The notes below the pieces were generated by a model. The model had not been told where the DNA came from. It saw only the letters and a program-made list of their open reading frames with translations, and searched no databases. Below are positions 26,435-27,589 of a stretch of 27,589 nucleotides of DNA, one piece after another. The DNA is taken from positions 1 to 27,589 of the IMG/VR virus record IMGVR_UViG_3300048579_000451; one strand, given 5' to 3'. Position 1 is the stretch's first letter. Every line of letters begins with the position of its first letter. Source of the DNA: a virus. Its lineage: Duplodnaviria; Caudoviricetes. The position numbers were made by a program, and so were the translations under genes.

Positions 26435-26683
26435 ATGAAGGACCTTCAGACCGATCTTGACGAGGACATCCCCGACCTGCTGGCCGACTGGATCAGCCGA
26501 GAGCAGTTGGCCCGCGCGCTGGGCCTGACGGCCGACACGCTGTCACGGTGGGAAGCCCGCCGCCAGGGGCCGCCCTGCACACGCATAGGTCGAAAGACCT
26601 TCTATCGCCGCGCCGCCATCCAGGAGTGGATCCGCGCGCAGGAACAGGCCCATCCGGTGCGCAAGACGCGGGGGCGGTCATGA
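26435..26683 (+). CDS. AlpA/excisionase-like HTH protein
   Basis: ISREQLARALGLTADTLSRW...GPP..RIGRKTFYRRAAIQEWI pattern; GGAG RBS. Confidence 0.88.
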   Translation: MKDLQTDLDEDIPDLLADWISREQLARALGLTADTLSRWEARRQGPPCTRIGRKTFYRRAAIQEWIRAQEQAHPVRKTRGRS

Positions 26684-26916
26684 CCATCAACCCCCGCTCC
26701 GAATGGCCCGCCGACCGCGTGGCCGAAGCGCGCGCCGTGATCGCCGACTTCGCGCATCACAGCGATCTCCTGATCCGGCTCGCCTGCAACGTGCTTGCAC
26801 AACACGGCGAGACCCCGGCCGAACGGGCAGAGGCGCAGCGCCTGCTCGTGGTCGTTGACGCGCGGCGGCCGGTGCGGAGCGCCCAGCGCGAAGATCAGGG
26901 GAGGGCCGCGCGATGA
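26680..26916 (+). CDS. Hypothetical protein
   Basis: ATGA overlaps with both neighbours. Begins MTINPRSEW; the ORF track extends it to 26548. Confidence 0.7.
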   Translation: MTINPRSEWPADRVAEARAVIADFAHHSDLLIRLACNVLAQHGETPAERAEAQRLLVVVDARRPVRSAQREDQGRAAR

Positions 26917-27308
26917 TGCGCCGTGGCACCCCCGAGGCCGATCTGCAGCGTGCCGTGGTGCAGACGCTGCGCATCGCCCTCCCCCGCACCGCCATCATCC
27001 ATCACTGCGCCAACGAGGTGACGGAAGCCGGGCCCCGTGGGGCAAAGCGCCAGGCGATCTTGGTGGGCATGGGCGTCCATGCCGGGTTCGCCGATCTGAT
27101 GGTGATCTGCGACGGCCGTGCCCTGTTCCTCGAGCTGAAGGCACCGAAGGGGCGCCTGCGGCCGGAACAGGAAGCGTTCCGCGACGCAGTGCAGGCGCAG
27201 GGGTTCGGCTGGGCGCTGGTGCGCAGCCTCGACGACGCGCTGGGCGCGCTGGCCGAGCATGGCTTCACCTCGCGTATTGCCCCTGCCCCGCGGAGGCCCG
27301 CGCCATGA
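26913..27308 (+). CDS. VRR-NUC domain nuclease
   Basis: EADLQ...GVHAGFADL...FLELKAPKGRLRPEQ..F motif set. Confidence 0.9.
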   Translation: MMRRGTPEADLQRAVVQTLRIALPRTAIIHHCANEVTEAGPRGAKRQAILVGMGVHAGFADLMVICDGRALFLELKAPKGRLRPEQEAFRDAVQAQGFGWALVRSLDDALGALAEHGFTSRIAPAPRRPAP

Positions 27309-27589
27309 GCCACGAGGCCACCAACTGGGCCATCAAGCAGCGCGGGTTGAAGCCCACGACCAAGATCGTGCTCTGGCACCTCTGCGATCGGTTCAACCCG
27401 GACTATGGTTGCTTTCCCTCGCAGGACCGGCTGGCGCATGACTGCGAGATCAGCCGCTCCACGCTAAACGACCACCTTGGTCAGTTGGAGGCGGTAGGCC
27501 TGCTGCGGCGCGTGCCGCGGCTGGATCCTGTGACCAAGCGCCAGCTGCCGACACGCTACATCTTGGGGTTCGAGCCGGGCTTCACACCT
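27305..27589 (+). CDS. Phage replication-initiator-like winged-HTH protein, 3'-truncated at the window edge
   Basis: ATG 27305 overlaps the VRR-NUC stop. My translation: MSHEATNWAIKQRGLKPTTKIVLWHLCDRFNPDYGCFPSQDRLAHDCEISRSTLNDHLGQLEAVGLL. It has the CFPSQxxLA motif and is open to the window end. Confidence 0.82.
   Translation, partial: MSHEATNWAIKQRGLKPTTKIVLWHLCDRFNPDYGCFPSQDRLAHDCEISRSTLNDHLGQLEAVGLLRRVPRLDPVTKRQLPTRYILGFEPGFTP

Larger units (their letters stand above)
19224..27589. mobile_element. Third integrative element (prophage or satellite-like), right end beyond the window
   Basis: Starts at the att copy and contains defence cargo, a tyrosine integrase, HTH/AlpA, VRR-NUC and HTH replication genes. 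Confidence 0.75.

Noticed and set aside
25831-26436. Several short ORFs in the divergent region of element 3
   Set aside because: They overlap each other, have no recognisable products, and the region is occupied by LexA boxes and TTCCG repeats.

Overview
High-GC alphaproteobacterial (Rhodobacteraceae-like) DNA containing a tandem array of three integrative elements at one tRNA-Met(CAT) locus. Two identical 45-bp copies of the tRNA 3' half (1466-1510 and 19179-19223, minus strand) separate them. Element 1 is seen only as the 3' part of a large serine recombinase that runs into the first att copy. Element 2 is complete (17,713 bp att-to-att). It has a tyrosine integrase, MerR-like and excisionase-like regulators, a P4-type primase-helicase, a symmetrical iteron origin, a cos-like site, lambda-type TerS/TerL, a lambda-type portal, a protease-capsid fusion, gpW-like and DUF2190 head proteins, and no recognisable tail or lysis genes. 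It therefore looks like a capsid-forming, tail-less phage satellite built on a lambda-type head module. It carries three probable defence cargos: an AIPR protein, a C5-MTase plus putative type II REase, and a UDG-superfamily glycosylase with an extra domain. Element 3 starts at 19224 and runs off the window. It carries a ~1330-aa nuclease-TPR-GreA/B-PIN protein, an arm-domain tyrosine integrase, a regulator gene preceded by LexA boxes, and an AlpA/VRR-NUC/replication operon. All family assignments come from motif recognition by eye; no searches were run.
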